A stretch of 64,000 nt of DNA from the IMG/VR virus record IMGVR_UViG_3300033076_001341, positions 32,001-96,000 of that record; one strand, 5' to 3'. Positions within the stretch are counted from its first letter, which is position 1; the number at the start of each line of letters is the position of its first letter. The position numbers and the translations under genes are program-made. This document shows, piece by piece, positions 27,672-36,732 of this stretch. Source of the stretch: a virus. Lineage: Duplodnaviria > Caudoviricetes. Below the pieces are notes generated by a model that saw nothing but the letters and a program-made list of their open reading frames with translations, did not search any database and was not told where the DNA came from.

Positions 27672-28019
27672 ATGAATCCAACATTTCTGTTAAATGTTCA
27701 AGGTGTAGTTTATAAAGACGGGTTGCTCTACCGAATCCCAACAAACGGTGGAGCACCTGTTGAATTGACTATTGCCGGAGGAGGAAGTTCTTACAAGACT
27801 GACTATACCTATAACGTACTGGGTGTAAAGAACAATGTCAACATGGTGTTTAACACCACCAGCAACTTTACAGCCGGAACGACAAAAGTGTACCTCAATG
27901 GTGTTCGGCTTACTCCAGGAGTCGGATACGATTACCAGGAAACAGGTGTAAACCAGATCACGTTTGCATTTGCTCCACATCCCACCGACCAAATTACCAT
28001 TGACTATCAACTACCTTAA
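27672..28019 (+). CDS. Small tail-associated beta-sandwich protein
   Basis: 115 aa; VYLNGVRLTPGxxxDY...ITF domain paralogous to the C-terminus of 28032..29729. Confidence 0.6.
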   Translation: MNPTFLLNVQGVVYKDGLLYRIPTNGGAPVELTIAGGGSSYKTDYTYNVLGVKNNVNMVFNTTSNFTAGTTKVYLNGVRLTPGVGYDYQETGVNQITFAFAPHPTDQITIDYQLP

Positions 28020-28031
28020 CCACTAACTATA

Positions 28032-29729
28032 ATGGCACTAACTAAAATTAAAAAATCCCAACTCGACTCGCTGAATATCACCAACAGTGATATTGATGCC
28101 GCAGCAGCGATTGCGAGTTCCAAGCTTGCGGATGGCGCAAATTTTCTAAAGAAAGACGGATCGGTTGTCATGACCGCCGACTTACAAATGGGCAGCAACA
28201 AGATCACTGGTCTTGCGACTCCCACTGCTAATACCGATGCAGCAACTAAAGCATACGTAGACGGTGTTGTACAAGGTCTCGACGTAAAGAACTCTGTTCG
28301 TGCCGCTACTACCGCCAACATTACGCTGTCCGGTACCCAAACCATTGACGGTGTTGCCTTGTCTGTCGGCGACCGCGTATTGGTAAAAGATCAGACTACC
28401 GGTTCTCAGAACGGTCTTTATAACGTTGCTTCTGGTGCATGGACCCGCACTATCGATGCAGAAGTAGATGCTGAAGTAACTGCCGGGTTGTTTGTCTTTG
28501 TTGAAGAAGGTACTGCAAACGCAGACTCCGGATGGGTATTGACAACCAATGCTCCGATCACCCTGGGTACAACTGCTCTGACGTTCTCCCAGTTCTCCGG
28601 AGCTGGATCTGTCATTGCCGGTGACGGTATGACTAAGACGGGTAACACGCTCAACGTAGTTACTGCCTCTGCTTCCAGGATTGTTGTAAACGCTGATAGC
28701 ATTGATTTGGCAACTGTCGGAACTGCTGGATCTTACAGTCGTGTCACTGTCGATGCGTATGGTCGCGTCACTGCCGGCACAAACGACAACACCGACAACG
28801 TAACAGAAGGTACGACCAACCTGTACTTTACCAACGCGCGTGCGCAGGCTGCGATCACAGGTGGTGCAAGTTCTATTGTTACTTCAAACTTAACCATCAA
28901 CCGTGCATTGCTTTCTGATGCTTCCGGTAAAGTGGCTGTGTCTGCAGTAACCTCTACTGAACTTGGATATCTCTCTGGTGTGACCAGTGCAATCCAAACG
29001 CAGTTGGGTGGTAAGCAGAACTTGGATGCTACATTGACTGCACTGGCTGGTTTGACTACCGCTGCCGATCAGTTGATCTACTCTACCGGTGTGGACGCAT
29101 TTGCCATGGCAAGTTTGACTGCGTTTGGTCGCAGTCTGATTGACGACGCGGATGCCTCTGCTGCAAGAACTACTTTGGGTCTTGCTATTGGCACCAACGT
29201 ACAAGCGTGGGATGGTGACTTGGATGCAATTGCAGCATTGGCTGGCACTTCAGGGTTACTCAGAAAAACCGCCGCTAACACCTGGTCATTGGATACCAGT
29301 ACCTACCTGACCAGTAACCAAACAATCACGTTGTCTGGTGATGCCTCTGGTTCTGGAACTACTGCAATCACTGTCACCTTGGCAAGTGTTGGTACAGCCG
29401 GTACATATACCAAAGTAACTACAGACGCTAAAGGTCGTGTAACTGCAGGTACAACCCTCAGTGCTTCAGATCTTCCGAGTGGAACTTTGACCAGCTCTAA
29501 GTTGGTAACGCGTGAAACCCTTTCACCTGCTCCTAACGGGGTTGTTACTACGTTTACTGCTACACAGAACGCAGTTGCTGGTAGTGAGAACGTGTACTTC
29601 AACGGTGTATTGATGGAACCAGGTGCTGGTAACGATTACACAGTAGGAACCAACACACCTTTGACAATCACTTTCCTGTTCACTCCTACACCTACTGATA
29701 AAATCAGAGTCTCTTACCTCGTACCATAA
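28032..29729 (+). CDS. Tail fibre protein
   Basis: 565 aa; DAATKAYVD, VRAATTANITLSGTQTIDGV...GDRVLVKDQT, and GTYTKVTTDAKGRVTAG fibre repeats. Confidence 0.8.
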   Translation: MALTKIKKSQLDSLNITNSDIDAAAAIASSKLADGANFLKKDGSVVMTADLQMGSNKITGLATPTANTDAATKAYVDGVVQGLDVKNSVRAATTANITLSGTQTIDGVALSVGDRVLVKDQTTGSQNGLYNVASGAWTRTIDAEVDAEVTAGLFVFVEEGTANADSGWVLTTNAPITLGTTALTFSQFSGAGSVIAGDGMTKTGNTLNVVTASASRIVVNADSIDLATVGTAGSYSRVTVDAYGRVTAGTNDNTDNVTEGTTNLYFTNARAQAAITGGASSIVTSNLTINRALLSDASGKVAVSAVTSTELGYLSGVTSAIQTQLGGKQNLDATLTALAGLTTAADQLIYSTGVDAFAMASLTAFGRSLIDDADASAARTTLGLAIGTNVQAWDGDLDAIAALAGTSGLLRKTAANTWSLDTSTYLTSNQTITLSGDASGSGTTAITVTLASVGTAGTYTKVTTDAKGRVTAGTTLSASDLPSGTLTSSKLVTRETLSPAPNGVVTTFTATQNAVAGSENVYFNGVLMEPGAGNDYTVGTNTPLTITFLFTPTPTDKIRVSYLVP

Positions 29730-29732
29730 ACA

Positions 29733-32399
29733 ATGGCTAGAACCCAGCTACCCACCACGCTTATTGCTGATGAAACTATCGTCCGTGCTGACTTGAACGT
29801 TAGCACGGCAGGTAGTGCTGTAATCCGTAAACTGATCCAAGGAACAGGCATAACCATTTCTTCAACCGGAGCTGATTCCGGAACGGGAGACGTAACGGTT
29901 AGCATTAACAGTTCTTCTGTTGTAACGAGTTTTAATACCCGTACCGGAGCAGTGACACTGAACAGTTCAGATGTGACCACTGCACTCGGGTTTACTCCCA
30001 TCAGTTCATATACTGAAACGGACACTTTAGCTACAGTTACAGGTAGAGGAGCTATTACGACTAATGCTATTACAGTAGGTAACCTAACTGCTACTTCTTT
30101 TATAAAAAGCGGAGGAACCTCTTCCCAGTTCTTAAAGGCTGATGGATCTGTAGATAGTAATACTTATTTGACTTCGGTAACTGATATTAGTGGATATTCA
30201 GGAAGACTTCTAGGAGAAGATAATAGAACTATAAGTCCAAGTGAAGGTGTAGCAGGACAATTAAAATTTGGATTTACTTCTTGGAATAACAACAACAATT
30301 CTCCTTATGCTGACTTTTTACATTTACGTTCTTATACAGATGCATCAGGAGGGTTAGATAATTTAGTTCTTTTCCGTAAGGATGTAATTGGTATGCGCAT
30401 TTACCAACAAAGTTGGGGTTCTGCGTCTGCTTATGCTACTTATAAAGATGTTGCATTTACAGATAGCAGTATTACTGGTAACGCTGCAACCGCAACTACT
30501 TTACAAACAGCAAGAAACATTAATGGTACTTCTTTTAATGGTTCTGGAAACATTACTACTGCTGTTTGGGGTAACGCTAGAAACTTAACAATTGGTAACA
30601 CAGCAAAAGCTGTAGATGGTTCTGGAAACGTTTCCTGGACACTCGCAGAAATACAGGCTGAGTACCAAGTTCCCAATAATACCCTAAGGAATAACTTAGG
30701 TGATCCTACCGTGCGAGAAGCTGCCATGTTTCATGGGCAGTTCAATAATAAGTTTAGGTTTATTTCTCCGACTCTTCAAGAAGAAAGTACGGATGGAGTT
30801 ACTTGGACAACTTCTACAAGAGCTTCGGCAGCCACTTTGGGTGATATGATGCGTGGAGAAGGAGAAGGAACTAGTTTTGCTGCAATACCTACTGGAACAA
30901 TAGGAACATATGGTGGCTATCGTCTTACTTGGAATGTAGTAGGAACTGTAGGTTACGTGTTCTTAAATGCTCTTTACGTTTACAATTCTACCAATGGTAA
31001 TAACGTAACGATTAAAATTGAGGCTTACCATAATACTAATGGTTGGGTAACTATTACAGGACCGCTTGCAACGAATAACTGGCCTGGTCATGCTTATATT
31101 CCACACTCACCTATTTATTACAGTAACAATGCTACTCAATACAGTCAAGTAAGAATTACTTTTGAAACCACTCATAATGCTTTTACAAATGCTTTTTCTA
31201 TATACTCTATTGAGTGGGTAGGAGGATATCCGGCAGGTAAGAGAAATGTTGAGTCTTACGATAGAGATAAAAACGTTACTTTTCCTGCGATAATCTATGC
31301 GACTGGAGGAAGTTCGAGTAACTGGAATACTGCCTACACAAACAGAATCTCGTCTCTAACCACTACTGGTTCAAGTGGTGCCGCTACTCTGTCTTCTAAC
31401 GTACTTAACATCCCTAACTATACACTAGCAGGATTAGGAGGACAAGCTCAACTCAATGGTACTGGGTTTGTAAAGATTAGTGGAACAACTATCAGTTATG
31501 ATAACGCTACTTACTACTTAGCTTCTAACCCTAGTGGTTACACAAACAACACAGGTACAGTTACGTCTATCATAGCAGGTACTGGATTGAGTGGAGGAAC
31601 TATCACTACAAGTGGAACTATAGCTTTGGCTAATACATCTGTAACTGCTGGTTCCTATACAAATGCTAACATAACAGTAGATGCTCAGGGAAGAATCACT
31701 GCTGCTTCTAATGGTAGTGGAGGAAGTACCCCTACATTAGCAGCAGTTACAACTGCAGGTAATACTACAACCAACGCGATAACTGTAGGAGGACTAACAG
31801 TCGATACAGACACTTTGTATGTAGATACTACCAATAACAGAGTAGGTATCGGCACTACGTCTCCCACTGATAAGTTGCACATCATTGACTCAAACAACGC
31901 CAACATCTTCGGAAGAATTACTGCTACAGGTACAAATGCTTCTGCTGCTTGGGTTGCTATGAACAACCTGAATGATAACGTGGTTTATCGTGTATTTGGA
32001 AATGGAGTTTCGGGGTCTCAGATGGGAATCTCCCTTGTAAGAAGTGCATCTTTGATGGCTAACTTAGGAGGATCGGGTGCATTCCTGATTGGAACGTACT
32101 CTGGAACTGATATGGTCTTCGGAACAGCCAACGTAGAGAACATGCGTATCTCCAACAATACAGGAAACGTTCTTATAGGAACTACTGTTGACAGTGGATT
32201 TATGCTTGATGTAAACGGTTCTGCCCGTGTGCAGGGAAATATCACCTGTGCTGCTTTGACAAACAATGGACCAGTATTGTCTTTGTCTGGGGTGTTAACT
32301 TCTGTAGTTGGATACACAGGCATGTTTACTGTACCTACAAACCCTCCTGGACAGCAGACATTGGTCATCCAAGATGGTATTATTGTCAATGTAATGTAA
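29733..32399 (+). CDS. Tail fibre protein
   Basis: 888 aa; VTSFNTRTGAVTL, LQTARNINGTSFNGS, ITVDAQGRITAA and NNRVGIGTTSP fibre motifs; shares modules with 19240..24330. Confidence 0.8.
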   Translation: MARTQLPTTLIADETIVRADLNVSTAGSAVIRKLIQGTGITISSTGADSGTGDVTVSINSSSVVTSFNTRTGAVTLNSSDVTTALGFTPISSYTETDTLATVTGRGAITTNAITVGNLTATSFIKSGGTSSQFLKADGSVDSNTYLTSVTDISGYSGRLLGEDNRTISPSEGVAGQLKFGFTSWNNNNNSPYADFLHLRSYTDASGGLDNLVLFRKDVIGMRIYQQSWGSASAYATYKDVAFTDSSITGNAATATTLQTARNINGTSFNGSGNITTAVWGNARNLTIGNTAKAVDGSGNVSWTLAEIQAEYQVPNNTLRNNLGDPTVREAAMFHGQFNNKFRFISPTLQEESTDGVTWTTSTRASAATLGDMMRGEGEGTSFAAIPTGTIGTYGGYRLTWNVVGTVGYVFLNALYVYNSTNGNNVTIKIEAYHNTNGWVTITGPLATNNWPGHAYIPHSPIYYSNNATQYSQVRITFETTHNAFTNAFSIYSIEWVGGYPAGKRNVESYDRDKNVTFPAIIYATGGSSSNWNTAYTNRISSLTTTGSSGAATLSSNVLNIPNYTLAGLGGQAQLNGTGFVKISGTTISYDNATYYLASNPSGYTNNTGTVTSIIAGTGLSGGTITTSGTIALANTSVTAGSYTNANITVDAQGRITAASNGSGGSTPTLAAVTTAGNTTTNAITVGGLTVDTDTLYVDTTNNRVGIGTTSPTDKLHIIDSNNANIFGRITATGTNASAAWVAMNNLNDNVVYRVFGNGVSGSQMGISLVRSASLMANLGGSGAFLIGTYSGTDMVFGTANVENMRISNNTGNVLIGTTVDSGFMLDVNGSARVQGNITCAALTNNGPVLSLSGVLTSVVGYTGMFTVPTNPPGQQTLVIQDGIIVNVM

Positions 32400-32439
32400 C
32401 ACACATATATTTTGATCTCACCTTTAAATTTTGTATTTT

Positions 32440-32754
32440 ATGTCTAACACACTCATGAATTATGTACATATTGAACCCGTAACAGTACCTATCAAAGGCG
32501 AAGGTACTTTCATGGAAGTCCGGTCACTTGGATTTCCTTTAAACCCCTCAAGTGTCAGCTGGTACTATGCCATCCGAAAAGCTCAGGTTATTGAGCATGA
32601 AGGTGTAAGTGTCTCTGTTCCTGGAGAAGTAGTTCTGGAAGGTAACCTGCTGATGGACCGTTCTACCTACGACTTGTGGTCAACAGACGACAACTACGTT
32701 TTCGAATGGGCTGCGCAGGAGTTAAGTCTCACTATCATTGACGATCCTGCATAA
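32440..32754 (+). CDS. Hypothetical protein (possible fibre-associated)
   Basis: About 104 aa from ATG 32440, follows the fibre genes. Confidence 0.55.
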   Translation: MSNTLMNYVHIEPVTVPIKGEGTFMEVRSLGFPLNPSSVSWYYAIRKAQVIEHEGVSVSVPGEVVLEGNLLMDRSTYDLWSTDDNYVFEWAAQELSLTIIDDPA

Positions 32755-32909
32755 TGGCATCTGTAAAGAAAACGAAAAGCAGCGGTGCACCTGCTGGTAA
32801 ATTTCAAGTTAAAGCTAAGATTCGTCGCCCAGGAGTACACTCCAAGAACAAGGCGAGTAAATCAAAGAACAGTAAAAATTATCTGAAACGCTCACGCGGA
32901 CAAGGATAA
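32754..32909 (+). CDS. Small highly basic protein ending RGQG (absent from the ORF track)
   Basis: ATG overlaps the upstream TAA; 51 aa MASVKKTKSS...KNYLKRSRGQG; 16 K/R and no D/E. Confidence 0.7.
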   Translation: MASVKKTKSSGAPAGKFQVKAKIRRPGVHSKNKASKSKNSKNYLKRSRGQG

Positions 32910-32952
32910 TTAATTCATATTAACTATATTTGTAATATAATAACCGACACCC

Positions 32953-33438
32953 ATGGCAACGTTAAACAAAATCACTCTTTCACTCAGCGAGATTCTTGAG
33001 CTGGAAGTGGAATTGAATGGTTCCAGAAACCAGAAGACTGGTGAAGTTCTCTTCACAGGTTTGCTCAATCAGAAGCTTCCCATTAAGACTAAGTATTGGC
33101 TGAGTCGACTTGGAGAAACAGTGCAGAGCGAGAAAAAGACGATTGACAGCTTGCGCGATGAACTAGTAAAGAAGTACGGCAACGAAACAGAAGACAAATC
33201 CGGATGGACTATTCCTCTTCGTATTGAAGACAAGAATGCAAAATCTGCTGATGGTGCTCCTGTTCTTGTACCAAACCCTGCGTTTGTTGAGTTTAACAAA
33301 GAGTATGCTGACTTGTTGGATACTACCAAAGAAATCGAGCATGCGACCATTAGCTTTGACGAGCTTGCAAACATCGAAACCACTGACAACTACGCAGTTC
33401 TTTTCAAACTGTTGACTATTACTGAGACGGCGTCTTAA
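32953..33438 (+). CDS. Hypothetical phage protein (helical)
   Basis: 161 aa; TATATTTG box at 32925 upstream, terminator downstream. Confidence 0.7.
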   Translation: MATLNKITLSLSEILELEVELNGSRNQKTGEVLFTGLLNQKLPIKTKYWLSRLGETVQSEKKTIDSLRDELVKKYGNETEDKSGWTIPLRIEDKNAKSADGAPVLVPNPAFVEFNKEYADLLDTTKEIEHATISFDELANIETTDNYAVLFKLLTITETAS

Positions 33439-33470
33439 CCTGGTTTATTTTAATTAGTTCTAGTCTAGTA

Positions 33471-33499
33471 ATCCCCGCAGCAATGTGGGGATTTTTTTT
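33471..33499 (+). terminator. Intrinsic terminator
   Basis: ATCCCCGCA-GCAA-TGTGGGGAT followed by a T-tract. Confidence 0.75.
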
Positions 33500-33589
33500 G
33501 TAGATAATTTGTAGTTATAAATTATTGATCTACATTTGGGAGTACCCCTCTCGTTTTTCGGTACTGCAACGTAAAGTAACGGTTACAAA

Positions 33590-33634
33590 ATCAGGAAACC
33601 CCGCTTGTCTAGGCGGGGTTCTTTGTTTCCTGAT
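33590..33634. terminator. Hairpin/terminator-like structure between convergent units
   Basis: AACCCCGC/GCGGGGTT inner stem and ATCAGGAAAC/GTTTCCTGAT outer stem. Confidence 0.6.
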
Positions 33635-33649
33635 ATGTACGTGTTGGTA

Positions 33650-34246
33650 TTATACCACTCGGTATAATCCGGAGTAGTCTATGTCCGGACGTACACTTGC
33701 CGGATCGTCCAACTCCTGCTGGATAAGTTCACACCAATGACCCAGATCACTGATGTCTACCTTCGATGAATCCTGCTTGCGAATAAAGTACGCACTCGTT
33801 CTCATGTAGGTCAGATCGTCTTTGCGACTCTCTACATAACGCCTGGTTGCTTCGAGGACTACGTCCCAGCTGTACTGGTAATTTTGGAAAAACCATTCAA
33901 AGCGGGGAAGCAGTTCCCGAACAGGGGAACGAAATGCTTTTCCGGAACCGTGACCGGTTGGAAAGATGGTGCGGTAGGTTTCAATCTGGGTAGACCAGTC
34001 TCCGTGTTGCGCTGCTTTTTTCTTCTTGGGCGCATCAATGGTTCTGCACTCCTGGAGAATAGCAGTACCTGCCGGCGTCAAATTGAACGCATCGTCCAGG
34101 AAACCCTTGTCCTGCAAGCGCATCAGCTCAATCTTGGTATTGGGGATGTAACTCCCGTAATCAAGATGTTGTTCAATGCTATCAAGCAAGAACAGCTGGT
34201 TGGGCGTCATCCGTTTGGACAGCAGTAGCGTGAATAAATTTTTCAT
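33650..34246 (-). CDS. Putative winged-helix DNA-binding / replication-initiation-associated protein
   Basis: About 198 aa; N-terminal wHTH-like pattern (LMRLQDKGFLD..FNLTPAG); overlaps the DnaA-domain gene. Confidence 0.45.
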   Translation of the reverse strand: MKNLFTLLLSKRMTPNQLFLLDSIEQHLDYGSYIPNTKIELMRLQDKGFLDDAFNLTPAGTAILQECRTIDAPKKKKAAQHGDWSTQIETYRTIFPTGHGSGKAFRSPVRELLPRFEWFFQNYQYSWDVVLEATRRYVESRKDDLTYMRTSAYFIRKQDSSKVDISDLGHWCELIQQELDDPASVRPDIDYSGLYRVV

Positions 34247-34700
34247 AATCCAATGCAAATTTTACGTTGTGGTACATGCGACGGAAATCACTATCGGTTT
34301 CCATCAGGTTCTCAGCACTCGTCAGACTATGAATGATCGTGCTGTGATCCTGATCCATAATCAACCCTATTGTGTTCAGGGTGAACTTCTTTTCCCGAAG
34401 GATCATAGAAGCAAGCTTGCGACCGTCGACCAGTTCGCGTTTGCGTGATTTGACAAACAGTGTGCGCTTGCCGGCAGCTTTCCAGATGTCGCGGAGCTTG
34501 TCAGTCAATGGTAGCTGGTCGCAGATCAACTGATCTAATTGTTCTATAAAACGAGTGCTTCGGAAAAAACTGGGATCAACGGCTTCGCGGATCTCAATGT
34601 TGGTCTTAAAGAGTTCCTCATACATGGTGGTAAACCACTGAGTGAACCGTTGGGGCGTGCGAATAGAAGACGCCGGAATCGTTATTTCTTGTGTGTTCAT
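34182..34700 (-). CDS. Stand-alone DnaA C-terminal (domain IV) HTH protein
   Basis: SRKRELVDGRKLASMILR..FTLNTIGLIMDQDHSTIIHS matches the DnaA domain IV signature (SRxxxxxxxRxxAMYLxR...SLxxIG..GRDHSTVIHA); no AAA+ domain. Confidence 0.75.
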   Translation of the reverse strand: MNTQEITIPASSIRTPQRFTQWFTTMYEELFKTNIEIREAVDPSFFRSTRFIEQLDQLICDQLPLTDKLRDIWKAAGKRTLFVKSRKRELVDGRKLASMILREKKFTLNTIGLIMDQDHSTIIHSLTSAENLMETDSDFRRMYHNVKFALDYEKFIHATAVQTDDAQPAVLA

Positions 34701-34732
34701 TAAATAATAGGGTAAGGTTAGTAACGGACCGG

Positions 34733-34762
34733 GTCTACAAAGATATCAAGTAATTTGTAGAC
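34733..34762. promoter_or_regulatory. Inverted repeat GTCTACAAA-N12-TTTGTAGAC overlapping a minus-strand TATCTTTG promoter box
   Basis: Perfect 9-bp inverted repeat in the divergent intergenic region between the DnaA-domain gene and the lysis cassette. Confidence 0.6.
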
Positions 34763-34778
34763 TTTCGGCATTTCTTCG

Positions 34779-34809
34779 TATATTATATATAGCAGCTGTG
34801 CTACGCTGC
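34779..34809 (+). promoter_or_regulatory. Putative late-gene promoter motif TATATTATATATAG plus hairpin
   Basis: Same 14-mer as at 19187; followed by a GCAGC/GCTGC stem; precedes the lysis genes. Confidence 0.45.
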
Positions 34810-34849
34810 AAACTTCTCTTTTTGTCATTTATGTTACTGATTTTCTGAC

Positions 34850-35179
34850 ATGTCTACCGCACCCAAGAACGACATCATTTCAACTGTAAAGGAGTGGGCT
34901 TCTCCTGCGTTGATCGCCATTGTAGGAACGCTGTTATACAGCGATCTGAGTGAACTCAAAAGCGATGTAAAAACATTGCTCATTCAACAAAGCGTCGACA
35001 GGACCCGCATCGAAATGCTTGAACGTGATCTTCAGATCCTGGAGCAGAATCGTTCGGCAGTCGCATCAGACAGCTCACGCAGTGTTGCTTTTGGATTGAG
35101 TATATGTCCGGTCTGGATGCGCATAGGACCCTTCAAGAAAGAAGACGAGATCTCGCTAGAAGAGAAGAAACTGTCGTAG
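34850..35179 (+). CDS. Membrane-anchored coiled-coil protein (holin/antiholin-like)
   Basis: One TM segment (WASPALIAIVGTLLY) then coiled coil; first gene of the lysis cassette. Confidence 0.5.
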   Translation: MSTAPKNDIISTVKEWASPALIAIVGTLLYSDLSELKSDVKTLLIQQSVDRTRIEMLERDLQILEQNRSAVASDSSRSVAFGLSICPVWMRIGPFKKEDEISLEEKKLS

Positions 35180-35206
35180 CAGACTCCACCCTGCAAACCA
35201 ACACCA

Positions 35207-35494
35207 ATGCGAGGTTTAAAATCCCTGTACATGAAAACGAAATCCATTCTTTTAGAGATGCTGCGCGACGAACGCGGCAGTGTATCTGTAAAACCGGTGT
35301 TAGGTTTTTTATTAGGAATTACTATGGGTGTCACCCTGGTGATCAACACCATTCATCCCAAAGAATATCAACCCAGTGACGGACTGATCTGGGGTGTCGT
35401 GACGGTGGTCGTTGCCTGCATAGGTGCCGACACAGTAGACAAGTTCTCCATCAAAGACCTGGTCTCAGGTTCCAAAAAGAAAACAGAAGATTAA
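35207..35494 (+). CDS. Putative holin
   Basis: 95 aa, two TM helices, charged C-terminus, directly upstream of the lysin. Confidence 0.6.
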   Translation: MRGLKSLYMKTKSILLEMLRDERGSVSVKPVLGFLLGITMGVTLVINTIHPKEYQPSDGLIWGVVTVVVACIGADTVDKFSIKDLVSGSKKKTED

Positions 35495-35505
35495 TCACAT
35501 AACTC

Positions 35506-36093
35506 ATGTTCACAAGAGAAAAAATCGAAGCAGCTGTAAAAGCTAAAGGATACAAGTACTTTGAAAACGGCGAGTATAACGTCAACATCATTGGTATCCG
35601 AAATTCAGCAACTGGCAACAAAGTAACGAACGCATTCGACGACTGGATGTCGATCTCCTACAAAGAGAACGGTGTCTGGAAGTTTTTCATCTGGTCTGCT
35701 ACCACGGACCCTGGAAAAGACCCCATGCTGCGTGGAAACAACGGACGCGGTACAGCGAGAGTTGTTCCCGGACAGTATCCAGGAAGTCACAACATTGATC
35801 TGCACCAGGGCAAGTACCGTGCACTCAAGCAGAAAGGTAAGCTCCGCCTTTACAGAGACGCTGACAAGGACATGGAGTACGACGTAGACAAAATCGTTGA
35901 CAGCTTCGGTGACGGGATCAACATCCACCACGCCGGTGAAGACTCTGTTCTTATTGGTGAATGGTCGCATGGATGCCAGGTGTTCAAGCGGATCAAAGAT
36001 TTCAACGCGTTCATGGTCATTGTCGAGAAGGCAGCAAAACTGCAGGGTAATTCATTTACCTACACGCTTCTGGAGTCTAAAGACATCGTTTAA
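35506..36093 (+). CDS. Putative endolysin with a YkuD/L,D-transpeptidase-like catalytic motif
   Basis: GINIHHAG...WSHGCQV (H...SxGC); located between holin and spanin-like genes. Confidence 0.6.
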   Translation: MFTREKIEAAVKAKGYKYFENGEYNVNIIGIRNSATGNKVTNAFDDWMSISYKENGVWKFFIWSATTDPGKDPMLRGNNGRGTARVVPGQYPGSHNIDLHQGKYRALKQKGKLRLYRDADKDMEYDVDKIVDSFGDGINIHHAGEDSVLIGEWSHGCQVFKRIKDFNAFMVIVEKAAKLQGNSFTYTLLESKDIV

Positions 36094-36108
36094 TCAGCAG
36101 GCAAACCA

Positions 36109-36678
36109 ATGAAAACACTCGCTCGATTATGCATGCTGGTATTCATATTGATATCAGGATGCTCCCCGGTCAGACAGGTCCTCAAGAATCCACGCTACTT
36201 CCAGGAAGTAGCTGACAGTGTTGTTAAACGTGGATACTGTATCAACGATACTGTGCTGGTTCTGGACACTATTGTCGAAGAACATGTGGTGGATAAACCC
36301 AGCTACATCCATGACACTTTGCGTGTTGCTGGTCTTGCTTCCGTTTTACATTTTGATACGATGCTTTCCAACGGGACCAAAGTCACCATACACCAGGGTC
36401 AACTCAGTGTTGCCTGTCCGCAGGTCCAGCAAAAGACCGTCTATATTAAAAAAGAAGCGGTGGTTCGTGATCGCAGACTGGAGGACATACTTAACAAAGA
36501 AATCAAGTTCTGGTCAGCGCACAGTGATTCGTTGCAACAGGTTATTAAAAAGCGTGATCTGCAGATTGAAGAAGTGGAGTTAAGACTCACCATAGCAACG
36601 GCAAAGTTCTATACGTTGCTGGCACTCTTACTGGGTGTCATCGGTGTAAATCTACTGCGCACGTTCAAGATTATATAA
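36109..36678 (+). CDS. Putative unimolecular spanin
   Basis: N-terminal lipoprotein signal (LISG|C), coiled coil, C-terminal TM helix (FYTLLALLLGVIGVNLL). Confidence 0.6.
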   Translation: MKTLARLCMLVFILISGCSPVRQVLKNPRYFQEVADSVVKRGYCINDTVLVLDTIVEEHVVDKPSYIHDTLRVAGLASVLHFDTMLSNGTKVTIHQGQLSVACPQVQQKTVYIKKEAVVRDRRLEDILNKEIKFWSAHSDSLQQVIKKRDLQIEEVELRLTIATAKFYTLLALLLGVIGVNLLRTFKII

Positions 36679-36699
36679 TATACTTACTACCTAAACATT

Positions 36700-36731
36700 A
36701 AACCCCGAAGTGTATGCTCCGGGGTTTTTTG
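36700..36731. terminator. Bidirectional terminator between the late and replication modules
   Basis: AAACCCCG...CGGGGTTTTTT at the convergence of + and - strand genes. Confidence 0.75.
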
Positions 36732-36732
36732 T

